From an uncultured bacterium (GTDB lineage: Bacteria; Bacteroidota; Bacteroidia; Chitinophagales; Chitinophagaceae): DNA of 64,000 nt. The stretch is taken from positions 27,653-91,652 of the forward strand of contig CAILKQ010000039.1 of assembly GCA_903834825.1 (NCBI GenBank), in the 5' to 3' direction. Position numbers and translations under genes: made by a program. Below, one piece after another: positions 41,321-51,769 of the stretch (within the stretch, counting starts at the first letter, position 1; every line of letters starts with the position of its first letter). The notes under the pieces were generated by a model. The model was not told where the DNA came from and made no database searches. It was given only the letters and a program-made list of their open reading frames with translations.

Positions 41321-43534
41321 ATGAGGCCATTACTGCTAACAATTTTCTTTTTTGTTGCAACAACCTATTGCCTGCAAGGACAATCCCTGAGCGCCATGCA
41401 ACCATTGCTTGATACAGGTTATTTTGCCAGAAAGTCAGTTGAATCGATAAAAATTGATGGTCTGCTTACAGAGGACACCTGGGAAAAAGCACAAAAGGCA
41501 ACCAACTTTATCCAAAATTTTCCGATAGACAGCTTGATGGCATCTGCCAAGACGCAGGTGATGGTTTCTTATGACGAAAAATTTTTGTACATAGCCGCCA
41601 AGCTTTACAATTCTGTGAGCAAACAGTCCTATGTAACGCCATCACTCAAACGTGATTTCAGGGGAGAAGCCAATGATGCAATTGTTATCAGCATCGATCC
41701 ATTCATGGACAGGACGAATTCATTTTCTTTTGGTGTCAATCCCTATGGGGTACAAAGGGAAGGGCTGGTCGTCAATGGCGGCGTAAACAGCGAGGACCTC
41801 AGTTTATCTTGGGACAACAAATGGTTCAGTGAAGCAAAAATGTTCGATGATTATTGGACAGTAGAAATGGCCATTCCTTTGAACACACTCCGGTTCAGGA
41901 ATGGTGCCAAAAAATGGCTGGTTAATTTTTACCGCATTGACAGTTACAACGCAGAACGTGCAGGATGGGCAAGGATTCCCAACCAATTTGCGATGATTTC
42001 ATTGGCCTTTTCAAAGCCTTTGGAATTTGAAACACCCATCACTAAAAAAGGGCAGAATATTTCTTTGATTCCCTATTTATCACCAGGCGTTTCCAGGAGT
42101 CCCTCAAGCGCCGGGAGCGATAAATTCAATACCCGTTCCCGGTTCAATTATGGCGGTGATGCCAAAATTGGGCTTGGTTCATCGCTGAATCTTGACATGA
42201 CCTTCAATCCAGATTTCTCCCAGGTTGAAGTTGATAACCAGGTCACCAATCTTGATCGGTTTGAAATTCTCTTCCCAGAAAAAAGGCAGTTTTTCCTTGA
42301 AAATGGAGACCTGTTTGCCAATTTTGGGGTAGATGGTATACGACCATTTTTTTCAAGACGCATAGGCGTTACCAGAGACCCTTCAACCGGACAAAATATT
42401 CAAAACAGGATAGAAGCTGGCATGCGAATGAGCGGCAAGATTGGCGATGACCTGAGGCTTGGGGTGCTTCAGATGCGAACAGCAGCCATTGACTCCATTG
42501 GTCAGGCAGCCAATGATTTTTCTGTTATTGCACTACAACATAAGGTCTTTACAAGATCCAGCATTGGTGTATTGTTTACCAACAAGGAAGTGTCAGGCAG
42601 CAAAGATTTCAATAGGGTTGCCGGCATTGACTACAATATTGCATCAAAGAACAATGCATGGAATGGAAAATTGTTTTACATGAAGTCCTTCGACCCATTC
42701 AAGACCAGCAATGATAAGGCTATGGGAGGAAGCATCGTGTACAACAAGAGAAATTTTGAAATAAGGCAAAGGCTTTATTCGATTGGAAAGGAATTCAACC
42801 CTGAAGTAGGTTATCTGAGAAGAGGAGGATTCTTGCGGTATGCAGGTGACGCTACCTGGAAGATCTATCCCAAAAACACTGGCGTCAACAAACACGGCCC
42901 AATGGTTGACTATGATTTTACCCTCTTCCCATCAAAAGGAATAACCGATTACGACCTTAACTTCATCTACAACATCTTGTATAAAAATTATTTCACCCTG
43001 CTGTTCAGGGCGAGAAGGGATTTCACCAGATTGACAGAAGATTTTGACCCTACCAATTCCGGTGGAATCAAATTAAAGGCGAACCAGGAGTTTGTTTATC
43101 ACTCCATCATTGCAAGCTTAATTTCAGACCAAAGGAAAAAATTGGTAGCAAAATTACAGACAAGGTCTGGTCAATACTTCAATGGCAGCAGGTTGAATCT
43201 TGATGGTGAAATTACCTACAGGATTCAACCGTATGGAAGCATCTCCAGTGTATTCTCCTTCAATAGGCTTCGGTTTCCACAGCCCTACAAAAGCGCAAAC
43301 CTTGTGTTGGCCGGACCTAAAATCGACCTTACTTTCAGCAAATCTGTTTTCCTCTCAACCCTGATACAGTACAACAGCCAGATCAACAACATCAACATGA
43401 ACATCCGTTTTCAATGGCGCTTTGCTCCTGCTTCAGATCTTTTTCTTGTGTATACAGACAATTACTATGCCGATAATTATATGTCCAAAGGCAGTGCGCT
43501 TGTATTGAAAGCAACGTATTGGTTCAATCTTTAG
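41321..43534 (+). CDS. CBM9-like N-terminal domain + DUF5916-type outer-membrane beta-barrel protein
   Basis: Signal MRPLLLTIFFFVATTYCLQGQ. IKIDGLLTEDTWEKA...FLYIAAKLYN...NDAIVISIDPF is the CBM9/DOMON-like pattern. The long C-terminal region has alternating beta-strand character and ends in ...ATYWFNL, with an aromatic terminus. Confidence 0.6.
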   Translation: MRPLLLTIFFFVATTYCLQGQSLSAMQPLLDTGYFARKSVESIKIDGLLTEDTWEKAQKATNFIQNFPIDSLMASAKTQVMVSYDEKFLYIAAKLYNSVSKQSYVTPSLKRDFRGEANDAIVISIDPFMDRTNSFSFGVNPYGVQREGLVVNGGVNSEDLSLSWDNKWFSEAKMFDDYWTVEMAIPLNTLRFRNGAKKWLVNFYRIDSYNAERAGWARIPNQFAMISLAFSKPLEFETPITKKGQNISLIPYLSPGVSRSPSSAGSDKFNTRSRFNYGGDAKIGLGSSLNLDMTFNPDFSQVEVDNQVTNLDRFEILFPEKRQFFLENGDLFANFGVDGIRPFFSRRIGVTRDPSTGQNIQNRIEAGMRMSGKIGDDLRLGVLQMRTAAIDSIGQAANDFSVIALQHKVFTRSSIGVLFTNKEVSGSKDFNRVAGIDYNIASKNNAWNGKLFYMKSFDPFKTSNDKAMGGSIVYNKRNFEIRQRLYSIGKEFNPEVGYLRRGGFLRYAGDATWKIYPKNTGVNKHGPMVDYDFTLFPSKGITDYDLNFIYNILYKNYFTLLFRARRDFTRLTEDFDPTNSGGIKLKANQEFVYHSIIASLISDQRKKLVAKLQTRSGQYFNGSRLNLDGEITYRIQPYGSISSVFSFNRLRFPQPYKSANLVLAGPKIDLTFSKSVFLSTLIQYNSQINNINMNIRFQWRFAPASDLFLVYTDNYYADNYMSKGSALVLKATYWFNL

Positions 43535-43538
43535 GCAT

Positions 43539-44690
43539 TCAATAGCGAATGGATTTGAATACGATTTCTGCATATCCATTTCTTTCATAAAAAACACCAA
43601 TCGTTTTTTTATCAATGATAACAAGATCGCTGTAAGCCGCCCAATCGCGTTTTTTCTCGTCTGCAGACTTCTCCACTACTATGTTCTTTACCCAGGTTTT
43701 GCCTTCATCATAACTGATGCGCAAGGTAAGGTTGTCGCGTTTTTTTTCATCCGCAGCATTGCAGGATGCGATGATGGCCTTGCCTTTTTTGTATCCCAAG
43801 GTGATGATGGATCCCTGGCATACCGGGTCTGGAAGAGAAGGTTCAAAATAGGCGGTATCCCAGCTGGCACCGCCAGTGCTGGAGTAGGCAAGAATACGCT
43901 GTTTGATATCACCCCGTTGGTTGCGAATGCTCATCATCATGCGTCCGTCAGACAACTCAGCTGCCATGGTTTCATTTGAACCAGGAATATCAACATTGGT
44001 GGAAAGTTTGAATGTTTTACCATGATCATCAGAATAAAATCCATGCGCATTGCAATCCCTGTATTGGGGTTGCGGATCGCCAGCAGTATGGTTTGCGGCT
44101 ACAAAAATTCTTCCTTTGTACGCACCATGTTGAAACTGGAATGCATGGCCGGGTGTGTTGGCATACGTGCGCCAATCTTCTTTGAACTGGTAGGCCGGAT
44201 TGGCAGTTGGCTGAAAAGGCCTGTGGGCCTGCAATGTAATGTTTACAGCCTCAGACCAGCTATTGCCCTGGTCGGTGGATTTGATGTACCATACTTCCCT
44301 CAATCCATTTCCCTTCCGCACTTCACCCTCATGGTTGTTGCCTGTATTGTAAAACAAATACACAACACCCTGGGGATGTTCAGGATCAAGCATGTCTACA
44401 ACCGGAGCTGGATTTCCTGCCTGAAGTGATGCATAATTCACCAGGACCTTCACCGGTGACCAGGTTTTCCCCTTGTCTGCACTGCGTTTCATGACAATAT
44501 TGATGTCGCCAAAATCTCCGCTGTTGTTGACACGGCCTTCTGCAAATGCAAGTATTTCCTTGTTCTTTAATGCAATGATGGCAGGAATGCGGTAGCTTTT
44601 ATGGCCTTCTGTACCACTGGTAAAAACAGCCACTTCCTGGCCAAACGCCAGGTTGACCAAAAGCAAGAAGAGGAAGGGTAAATATTTCAT
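43539..44690 (-). CDS. Exo-alpha-sialidase (GH33, NanH-type), secreted
   Basis: Signal MKYLPFLFLLLVNLAFGQ. SYRIPAI (RIP motif). Asp boxes: SADKGKTW, STDQGNSW, SDDHGKTF, SYDEGKTW. Confidence 0.85.
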   Translation of the reverse strand: MKYLPFLFLLLVNLAFGQEVAVFTSGTEGHKSYRIPAIIALKNKEILAFAEGRVNNSGDFGDINIVMKRSADKGKTWSPVKVLVNYASLQAGNPAPVVDMLDPEHPQGVVYLFYNTGNNHEGEVRKGNGLREVWYIKSTDQGNSWSEAVNITLQAHRPFQPTANPAYQFKEDWRTYANTPGHAFQFQHGAYKGRIFVAANHTAGDPQPQYRDCNAHGFYSDDHGKTFKLSTNVDIPGSNETMAAELSDGRMMMSIRNQRGDIKQRILAYSSTGGASWDTAYFEPSLPDPVCQGSIITLGYKKGKAIIASCNAADEKKRDNLTLRISYDEGKTWVKNIVVEKSADEKKRDWAAYSDLVIIDKKTIGVFYERNGYAEIVFKSIRY

Positions 44691-45916
44691 GATAATGCAA
44701 TTGTTTTTTGGGGTTTAAGAAATAATAATTGGATGATGAGCACAATCACAACCACGAAAGCCAGCATGGCAAAATCTTTGCCCAGATTGCCGGCATCGGT
44801 TGATTTTCCCAAATAATCGGTGATCAATGCTCCTGCGAAAATTCCTGCGGTATTTAAAAATCCATATCCGGTTGCACGTTGGTTGGGTTGTACGAATTGA
44901 CAGAGGATGGGCATGTTGTTGGTATCAAACATGCCAAATCCAAAGCCAAATAAAAATGCAGAGGCAATGATGTGGAAAACAGTAAAGCCATATCCCATCA
45001 AGAATAAGGCAGGAATGGTCAGCGCAAGCCCAATAGCGCCTGTGTAAATCCTTCCCCTGCTGTTAACCTGAAACCATCGGTCCGACAGGATTCCGCCCAC
45101 GATCACCCCAAGCAAGGAGGAGATGGAGATGGAGATGGTGGTCAAAGGACCGGCAACAGACATGTCGATGTTCAGGTTCTGAGCGATCAAAGTTGGGGCC
45201 CAGTTTTTGATGGCCCAACCCGGAAGACTGGGCACAGCAAAGTAGAGCACGATGATCCAAAAATGGAAAGAACCCAGGAGCGATGTCAGGCCTGAAAAAA
45301 AGTTTTTATTGGGTTGAAGCCCGATGGATGCGGCGTTGGTTTCTCTTTTTTTATCCCTCAGGAAAAGGATAAGCACCATGGCATAGAGCATCCCAATCAA
45401 TCCAAATAAAATGAATGTATTTTGCCAGGAATAATATTTTGATACGGTGGAACCAAATCCACCCAAAGCCTGTCCCATATAGATGCCAGACATGTGGATG
45501 CCAATGGCCAAGGACCTTGTCTTATCAGTATGGAAATCTGCAATCAATGACAGGCCAGCAGGAATGTACAGGGCCTCACTGAAACCCATGATGGCGCGCA
45601 ATACATACAACTGATTGAATGTTTCTGCATAGCCCATGGAGAATGTCACGGCAGACCAAACAAAAAGACTGCCAATGATCAGCCATTTTCGGTTGATGCG
45701 GTCAGCGATAATGCCAGAGAAAGCACTCATGGCTCCATAGACCCAGAGGAATATAGCCATCAGCCTTCCGAAATTGGTGGCCTGTTTCAGCTCAGCAATG
45801 TCTATTTGCATGGCGGGACGCATGGTGGAAATCATCTGCCTATCCATATAGTTCAGGAGTGCAACCCCGAAAAGCAATGCAACGATAATCCATTTGTAGT
45901 TTTTGGAAGTACTCAT
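44687..45916 (-). CDS. MFS transporter (anionic sugar/hexuronate-transporter-like)
   Basis: 409 aa, about 12 TM. ALLNYMDRQ and GIIADRINRK (MFS loop 2-3 motif). It overlaps both neighbours by 4 bp. Confidence 0.8.
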   Translation of the reverse strand: MSTSKNYKWIIVALLFGVALLNYMDRQMISTMRPAMQIDIAELKQATNFGRLMAIFLWVYGAMSAFSGIIADRINRKWLIIGSLFVWSAVTFSMGYAETFNQLYVLRAIMGFSEALYIPAGLSLIADFHTDKTRSLAIGIHMSGIYMGQALGGFGSTVSKYYSWQNTFILFGLIGMLYAMVLILFLRDKKRETNAASIGLQPNKNFFSGLTSLLGSFHFWIIVLYFAVPSLPGWAIKNWAPTLIAQNLNIDMSVAGPLTTISISISSLLGVIVGGILSDRWFQVNSRGRIYTGAIGLALTIPALFLMGYGFTVFHIIASAFLFGFGFGMFDTNNMPILCQFVQPNQRATGYGFLNTAGIFAGALITDYLGKSTDAGNLGKDFAMLAFVVVIVLIIQLLFLKPQKTIALS

Positions 45917-47064
45917 TTTTTAGAATTTAGTTCAAGAGAAAAAATATTGGGGGTTCTCACACCTGCTCTGATTTCTCCACCCGGTATCATGATGAAACCA
46001 TTCCAAACGAATGCATGGGTTGTTACTGGTGTTGAGAATGGCAAGATCCCGATATTATCCCAGCGATCATGTTCAATATCATAGGCCAGTATTTCATGGC
46101 TGAATCCCGGATGGGTTGATTGAAGGACGACTCTTTTTTTATCCAGTGTTTCGATAACGATGGAATCTGTTTCCTTGTTTTTTTGCGCAACCAGTGCTTC
46201 AACCTTTGAAAAAACTTCACCCCTGTCTCCTCCAAAAAGCAATACCCTTCCGGAAGGGTCAAGCAAGCCTGTTCCTGCAGACAATCCATATGGGAGCGGT
46301 GCTTTCACTGTCCATTGTTGTGTTTTGATGTCAAAGAAATGGTTGGTGGAATACAAATCGCTGATGCCATTTTGTTTCTTGGCACGACCAGCCAGAACAT
46401 AAATGCCTTTTGACTTTTGTCCATTGAAAAAAACGGCCACCCCATGGCTTATGGGATGCGGGAGTGGAGGCAATGAAGTCCACCCATTTTTGGAATTGTT
46501 CAAGTCCAAAACAAATACCTTGTCTGATACCTTTGATACTGTTTCCCCGCCCATGACGTATACACTCGATTGGTATGCCACGGCCATGGCATTCGTCAAG
46601 GGAATTGGAAGGTCTGGTAAAAAAGCGAGTTCTTTATCATCCTTGATTACCTTCAAGATCATCACCTTATTGAGTATTCCCGTTTCATTTTCACCACCAG
46701 CCATCACCAACCCTTTTTCAGTTGATGCCGTTGCAGCATAACCAAGGTTCATCGGGAGTGTATACTTCCCAGAAAAAGTCAGTACGCCTTTGGTGTTTTT
46801 AGCATAGAAAAAAACATCGTCATAATAAACCTTTCTACCTCCTTCCCAGGGCATTTTATCTGGGAAGTTTGTACCTCCTGCAATTATCATAAAATCACCA
46901 AACACTCCTGCACTTTGTCCTGCAAGCCCTATGGAGGAAATGCCTTTTGTGGCGGGAAATTCTCCGACCTTCTTCCAATTGGTCAATTGATTGGGTTTGG
47001 GCTGGCTATTGGCAGTCAACATCCAGAGCATTGAAAAGATGATAAAAGCGTTTGCACGGACCAT
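45913..47064 (-). CDS. Kelch-repeat beta-propeller, N-acetylneuraminate mutarotase (NanM)-like, secreted
   Basis: ATG 47064 gives the signal MVRANAFIIFSMLWMLTANSQ. Repeated kelch-type blocks: FMIIAGGTNFP, LVMAGGEN, VYVMGGE, IYVLAGR, VLLFGGD, FIMIPGGE. Its position next to the sialidase supports the call. Confidence 0.6.
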   Translation of the reverse strand: MVRANAFIIFSMLWMLTANSQPKPNQLTNWKKVGEFPATKGISSIGLAGQSAGVFGDFMIIAGGTNFPDKMPWEGGRKVYYDDVFFYAKNTKGVLTFSGKYTLPMNLGYAATASTEKGLVMAGGENETGILNKVMILKVIKDDKELAFLPDLPIPLTNAMAVAYQSSVYVMGGETVSKVSDKVFVLDLNNSKNGWTSLPPLPHPISHGVAVFFNGQKSKGIYVLAGRAKKQNGISDLYSTNHFFDIKTQQWTVKAPLPYGLSAGTGLLDPSGRVLLFGGDRGEVFSKVEALVAQKNKETDSIVIETLDKKRVVLQSTHPGFSHEILAYDIEHDRWDNIGILPFSTPVTTHAFVWNGFIMIPGGEIRAGVRTPNIFSLELNSKK

Positions 47065-47103
47065 TGCGTAAAACCGTTTTATGTTGATCAATATTACGCT
47101 TTT

Positions 47104-47904
47104 TCATGTATCAGTTGCCCGAAAGAATGGATGATGTTTCACCAGCGATGCGCTATTGAGATCCAAATAAAGCCTTGCCTGTTCATGATGCCGCAAGGCC
47201 GTTGAAGGATACAAGGCACTGACAGGGCTGTTGATGGTATGGTATACGGCTTGTGCCTTGTTAAGGCCCGGCACCACACACACAATGGATGCTGCTTTCA
47301 ACAATGCAGGAATGGTGAGGGTGATGGCGGTTGTTGGCACATCCTCTATTGATGGGAAACAACCATCATGCACCTGCTGCATCCTTGATACTTCATCCAA
47401 CTCAACAAGCTTTACCATGAATGGATCGTTGAAATCAGCCACGTGAGGATCGTTGAAAGCAAGATGGGTATTCTCTCCAATGCCCATGCAGACCAGGTCT
47501 ACAGGATGGGCTTCGAGCAATGCGGCATAGCAGCTGCATTCTGCTGCAGGATCAGCAGCATTTCCATTGATATTATAAACAGTATTGAACGTTTGTTTGC
47601 CAAAAATGGCCTGCTCTAAAAAATGACCAAACCGCTGTGGTGCATTGTCATTTAGTCCTACATATTCATCCATGTGAAAAGCATTCACCCTGCTCCAGTC
47701 AATTTCGTCATTGGCGGCCAGGTGAAACAGCATTTCATTTTGTGAGGGAGCGGCAGCAAAAATAATGTTGACAAATTCTTTTGTGTTGAGCAATGCTTGG
47801 ATCTGCGCTGCTGCATCTTTTGCTGCAGCCATGCCCATCTCATCTCGGGTAGCATAAACATTGACGTGCAAGCGGTCTGCATTAAAAGTTTGGATGGGCA
47901 CCAT
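47104..47904 (-). CDS. Glucosamine-6-phosphate deaminase/isomerase (NagB)-family protein
   Basis: NIIFAAAPSQNEML, AFHMDEYVGL and MGIGENTHLAFNDP are NagB/6-phosphogluconolactonase superfamily blocks. Confidence 0.7.
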   Translation of the reverse strand: MVPIQTFNADRLHVNVYATRDEMGMAAAKDAAAQIQALLNTKEFVNIIFAAAPSQNEMLFHLAANDEIDWSRVNAFHMDEYVGLNDNAPQRFGHFLEQAIFGKQTFNTVYNINGNAADPAAECSCYAALLEAHPVDLVCMGIGENTHLAFNDPHVADFNDPFMVKLVELDEVSRMQQVHDGCFPSIEDVPTTAITLTIPALLKAASIVCVVPGLNKAQAVYHTINSPVSALYPSTALRHHEQARLYLDLNSASLVKHHPFFRATDT

Positions 47905-47930
47905 GGTTTGAAATAAAAATGTTGTTGAAA

Positions 47931-48986
47931 CTAAGGGAGATGGACAATCTTCCCGGTTCTTGCACTTTCATAAATGGCCAGCACAATTTCCACAGCCTTC
48001 CTGCCTTCTACTGCATCAACCATTGGCTGGGTATCGGTTTCAATGGCATGGATCATGTCTTCAATCTGCCGCTGGTGCCCAACAAAACTGATGTCTGCAG
48101 GATTGGAAGCACCGCCACCATGTGCGAGGGCATTCCCTTTCATGCCTTCATTGAGTTGCCTGTCTTCCTCCGTCATCTCAACAAACTCCCACTTCGTCAA
48201 ATTGCTTTCTTGCAGTACTGCTGTGCCCACCGTGCCATTGATCTCAATCCGCTTCAAATCTCCCGGGAAAATAGCAGTAGAACATTCAATATTACCCATC
48301 GCACCATTGGCGAATTTCAACACAGCAACAACCGTATCTTCCACTTCAATTTCCTTGTGTCTTCTGTTGCCAGCAAAAGCCTGTACCGAGTCAACCTTCC
48401 CCATGTACCACTGCAATAAGTCAACCGAATGAATGCCCTGGTTCATCAGCGCACCACCGCCATCCAGCGCAATGGTTCCCCTCCAGGGATTGGACTTGTA
48501 ATAGGCCTCACTGCGGTGCCATTTTACATAGGCATCCCCCAATACAATATCACCAAACTTTTGACCGTCGATTGCTTTTTTCAACAAAAGGGCCTGGTCA
48601 TAAAATCGCGAAGGGAAAATTACGCCCACCTTCATCCCTGTCTGCCTGGATGAAGCGATGATGCTGTCGCATTTTTCAAGGGTAACCTCCAAAGGTTTCT
48701 CTACCAGGCAATGTTTGCCTGCGCTGATACATTGAAGCGCAGGATCTTCATGTGCTCCGGAAGGTGTGCAAATGCAAACGATGTCTATGGCAGGATCGGC
48801 CAGCATCTCATCCAGTGTATCAAACGCCTTGCAATGGTGCTGTGTTGCGAAAGCCTCCATTTTCTCAAGCCCTCGGCTGTGCAATCCAACCAATGTTGCA
48901 TTGCCGATGGCCCCAATGGCCTTGGCATGTATATGCGCAATCATTCCCGCGCCAATGATTCCAAATCCGAATGTTCCGTTGTTCAT
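47931..48986 (-). CDS. Gfo/Idh/MocA family NAD(P)-dependent oxidoreductase
   Basis: FGFGIIGAGMIAHIHAKAI (Rossmann) and HCLVEKPL (the EKP motif of the family). The C-terminal alpha/beta domain has GGGALMNQGIHSVDLL. Confidence 0.85.
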   Translation of the reverse strand: MNNGTFGFGIIGAGMIAHIHAKAIGAIGNATLVGLHSRGLEKMEAFATQHHCKAFDTLDEMLADPAIDIVCICTPSGAHEDPALQCISAGKHCLVEKPLEVTLEKCDSIIASSRQTGMKVGVIFPSRFYDQALLLKKAIDGQKFGDIVLGDAYVKWHRSEAYYKSNPWRGTIALDGGGALMNQGIHSVDLLQWYMGKVDSVQAFAGNRRHKEIEVEDTVVAVLKFANGAMGNIECSTAIFPGDLKRIEINGTVGTAVLQESNLTKWEFVEMTEEDRQLNEGMKGNALAHGGGASNPADISFVGHQRQIEDMIHAIETDTQPMVDAVEGRKAVEIVLAIYESARTGKIVHLP

Positions 48987-49005
48987 GCTATGCTTGATTA
49001 AATGA

Positions 49006-50475
49006 TTATTTTCCTTTTTCTTTCAGGGCCAATATGAGTGCCTCAACTCTCTCAGGTACTTGTTTTGTGAATAGGCCTGCGCCAATGAATACCAAGGCTG
49101 AAACCATGGTGGGCAATCCCACTTCAAGGGCCAGGTTGCCCAATTGCAGGTTCTTGGTAATGATGAAAGTAAGCAATCCTGCCACAATGGAGGCAATCGC
49201 AGCCCTCGGTCCGCAACGCTTGAAAATGGGCAAGAGTCCGAACAACAAAGGCATTGAGGTTGGCCCAAGCAAGGCAGCGAACCAATTGACAATCAGCCCG
49301 AGGACACCGCCAAAGCGCTGGTAGTTCAATGCAATGACAAGTGTTGCCAATGTGAAAACAAAAGTGGTGATGCGTGCCGTGCGCAAGGCGTATTTGTCGT
49401 TGTTGAATTTTGGGGAGAGCACGGGCAGGATGTCTCTTGTGATGACAGCCGCCACTGTATTGACATCAGAAGAAGTCATGCCCATGGTTGCGGCAAACAA
49501 GGAGGCGATGACCAATCCTATCATGCCTGTAGGAAGCACCTCGAGCATCAACCATCCATAGGATTCTGAAGGAACGGTTCCTGCAGGAAGCAGCAGGGGT
49601 GAGGCCCACATGGGAAAGAACAAGATCAGGGGCCAAAGCAAATACAAGACTCCAGAAAGCCAGGCGGCTTTAGAAGCCTCTTTTTCTGTGGGGGATGAAA
49701 TGTATCGGGTGGCCAGGCTCCAGCTGCCTCCATTGTAACTCAGGAAATAAAGAAAGAACATGACCAGCACAAATCCTATTGAATAGGGTTCATTGAAAAA
49801 AGCATGGTGTTGTGGAGGAAGCTGTTTCCAGATACCCATGATGGAATCTGTTCCACCCAAGCGGTTCACCACCAGCACAAACATCACGATACCGCCGAGG
49901 ACCTGCACGATGAACTGGATAAAATCTGTCACAATCACTCCCCATAGCCCGCCAAACGTAACATAGACAAGGGTTACAACGCCTGAAACCAGAATGCCTG
50001 TTTCCATGGGGATGCCTGCCACCACTTTGAGCAGGATGCCAATGGCGGCCCATTTTGCCCCCACATCAAAGACCTTGAGCAGCACGCCATTCCAGGCCAC
50101 CACCTGTTGTGTGAGCAGGTTGTAACGGATGCGGAGGTATTCTAACGGAGACTGAATCTGCAACTGCTTGCGCAACCTAACCCAATACACGGGAAAAATT
50201 CCTGCGGCGCCAATGATTACCAACCCTACAGGCAGTGCCCACCAGATGTACATGGTAAAACCATGTGTAAAGGCCACTGCCGCATAGGCAACAAATACGG
50301 CACCACTATGCCCGGAAACATGGTGAGAAATTCCTGCCAACCACCAGGGCAGATTGCCCCCTGCAACAAAATAATCCTCTGCATTTTTGCTGCGGTAATA
50401 AGACATGATGCCGATCACCAACATGCTCAGAAAAAACAAGCCGATAACAGCAAGATCGATGGATTGTAACTGCAT
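49006..50475 (-). CDS. Sodium:solute symporter (SSS) family transporter
   Basis: 489 aa, about 13 TM. N-terminal DYFVAGGNLPWWLAGIS and GGLWGVIVTDFIQF are typical SSS blocks. Confidence 0.8.
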   Translation of the reverse strand: MQLQSIDLAVIGLFFLSMLVIGIMSYYRSKNAEDYFVAGGNLPWWLAGISHHVSGHSGAVFVAYAAVAFTHGFTMYIWWALPVGLVIIGAAGIFPVYWVRLRKQLQIQSPLEYLRIRYNLLTQQVVAWNGVLLKVFDVGAKWAAIGILLKVVAGIPMETGILVSGVVTLVYVTFGGLWGVIVTDFIQFIVQVLGGIVMFVLVVNRLGGTDSIMGIWKQLPPQHHAFFNEPYSIGFVLVMFFLYFLSYNGGSWSLATRYISSPTEKEASKAAWLSGVLYLLWPLILFFPMWASPLLLPAGTVPSESYGWLMLEVLPTGMIGLVIASLFAATMGMTSSDVNTVAAVITRDILPVLSPKFNNDKYALRTARITTFVFTLATLVIALNYQRFGGVLGLIVNWFAALLGPTSMPLLFGLLPIFKRCGPRAAIASIVAGLLTFIITKNLQLGNLALEVGLPTMVSALVFIGAGLFTKQVPERVEALILALKEKGK

Positions 50476-50509
50476 GAAAAAGACCTAGGCCATTTGATGA
50501 ATTATGCTT

Positions 50510-51760
50510 TTAAAGATAAAGCATATCACCTTCGTATCCGGGAAAAAGTTTGGCGGTATCCACCACATTGAGGTGCTTTTTTGCCACAGAAGCAAATACG
50601 GATCGGAAGTCTGTTGTCACTGGCAAATCCCTGTTGTCTTCCAGCGAGGCCTTGTCCAAAGCACCCATCTTGTGGTATACTTTTCCGCCCTGGACATCAT
50701 TGCCCAGTACAAAAAGACAGCTTGCTCTGCCATGGTCTGTTCCGCCAGTTCCATTCTGGTGAACCGTTCTGCCAAATTCCGTCATGGTCATCACGGTAAC
50801 CTCATCCTGGTAGCCTGCCATATCTTTCCAGAATGCAGCAATGCTGTCTGAAAAATCTTTCAGGTTTCTGGCAAAAGACCCATTGGTTGTTCCCTGGTTG
50901 AAATGCGTATCCCAGCCTCCGGATTCAGCAAAAGCAACCTCCATCCCGATGTTCATTTTGACCAGCATGGCAATTTGTTTCATCGATTTCCCCAGGGGAG
51001 AATTGGGGTAAATAGCCCCGGGTGCAGGGGTATAATTGTTGGCCAGTTTCAGGTCAAGCATTTTCATCGCTTCAAAACTTTCCTTGCCTGATTGCTTCAG
51101 CAATTGGTTGGAAGTTTGGTCGTACAATTGTTCAAAAGAATTCGCTGCCATGTTGCCTGCCAGTGGATTGCCCCTCATCTGTATCACGAACTCCTCAAGG
51201 TTGTTGATGGCAAGCGCATCATGATCTCCTTGCAAGGCCCTGGGCAATGCAGCCGTCAGGCTGACGGCACTGAAAGGCGTTGCCTCATGGCCTGTCAATC
51301 CTATGGCCCGGTTCAACCAGCCACTGGGTGTGTTCTTGCTGTTGGGTGTTCCGCTTTCCATATAATCCTGTGCATCAAAATGGCTTCTTGTTTTGTTGGG
51401 ACTGCCCACACCATGTACGACCGCCATGCGGCCTTCCGTAAAATAAGGGGACAGTGAACCCAATGAAGGGTGCAAGCCAAATTTTCCATCCAGGTCAAAA
51501 AGCTGGCCCTCGGTTTGTGCCGGGCTCATGTACAAGCCGGGCCTGAGCAACTTCAGGTTGGGATCATTGTATGGCGTTACTGCCATCAGTCCATCCATCG
51601 CCCCCCGTTGAAAAATACAGACCAATGTTTTTGTTTTTTTGTACGGCGGGATGATTTTCCGCTCACCTGCAGTGGCAGCAATAAAGGAAGGGATGCCCCC
51701 CAACCCAGTAGCGAAAACTGCCATTGCACCTGATTTCATAAAAGCTCTTCTATTCGTCAT
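50510..51760 (-). CDS. DUF1501 domain protein (alkaline-phosphatase/sulfatase-fold), TAT signal
   Basis: MTNRRAFMKSGAMAVFATGLGG (twin-arginine). SGGWDTHFNQG and TEFGRTVHQNGTGGTDHG are the DUF1501 signature blocks. Confidence 0.85.
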   Translation of the reverse strand: MTNRRAFMKSGAMAVFATGLGGIPSFIAATAGERKIIPPYKKTKTLVCIFQRGAMDGLMAVTPYNDPNLKLLRPGLYMSPAQTEGQLFDLDGKFGLHPSLGSLSPYFTEGRMAVVHGVGSPNKTRSHFDAQDYMESGTPNSKNTPSGWLNRAIGLTGHEATPFSAVSLTAALPRALQGDHDALAINNLEEFVIQMRGNPLAGNMAANSFEQLYDQTSNQLLKQSGKESFEAMKMLDLKLANNYTPAPGAIYPNSPLGKSMKQIAMLVKMNIGMEVAFAESGGWDTHFNQGTTNGSFARNLKDFSDSIAAFWKDMAGYQDEVTVMTMTEFGRTVHQNGTGGTDHGRASCLFVLGNDVQGGKVYHKMGALDKASLEDNRDLPVTTDFRSVFASVAKKHLNVVDTAKLFPGYEGDMLYL

Positions 51761-51769
51761 GGTGCGGAT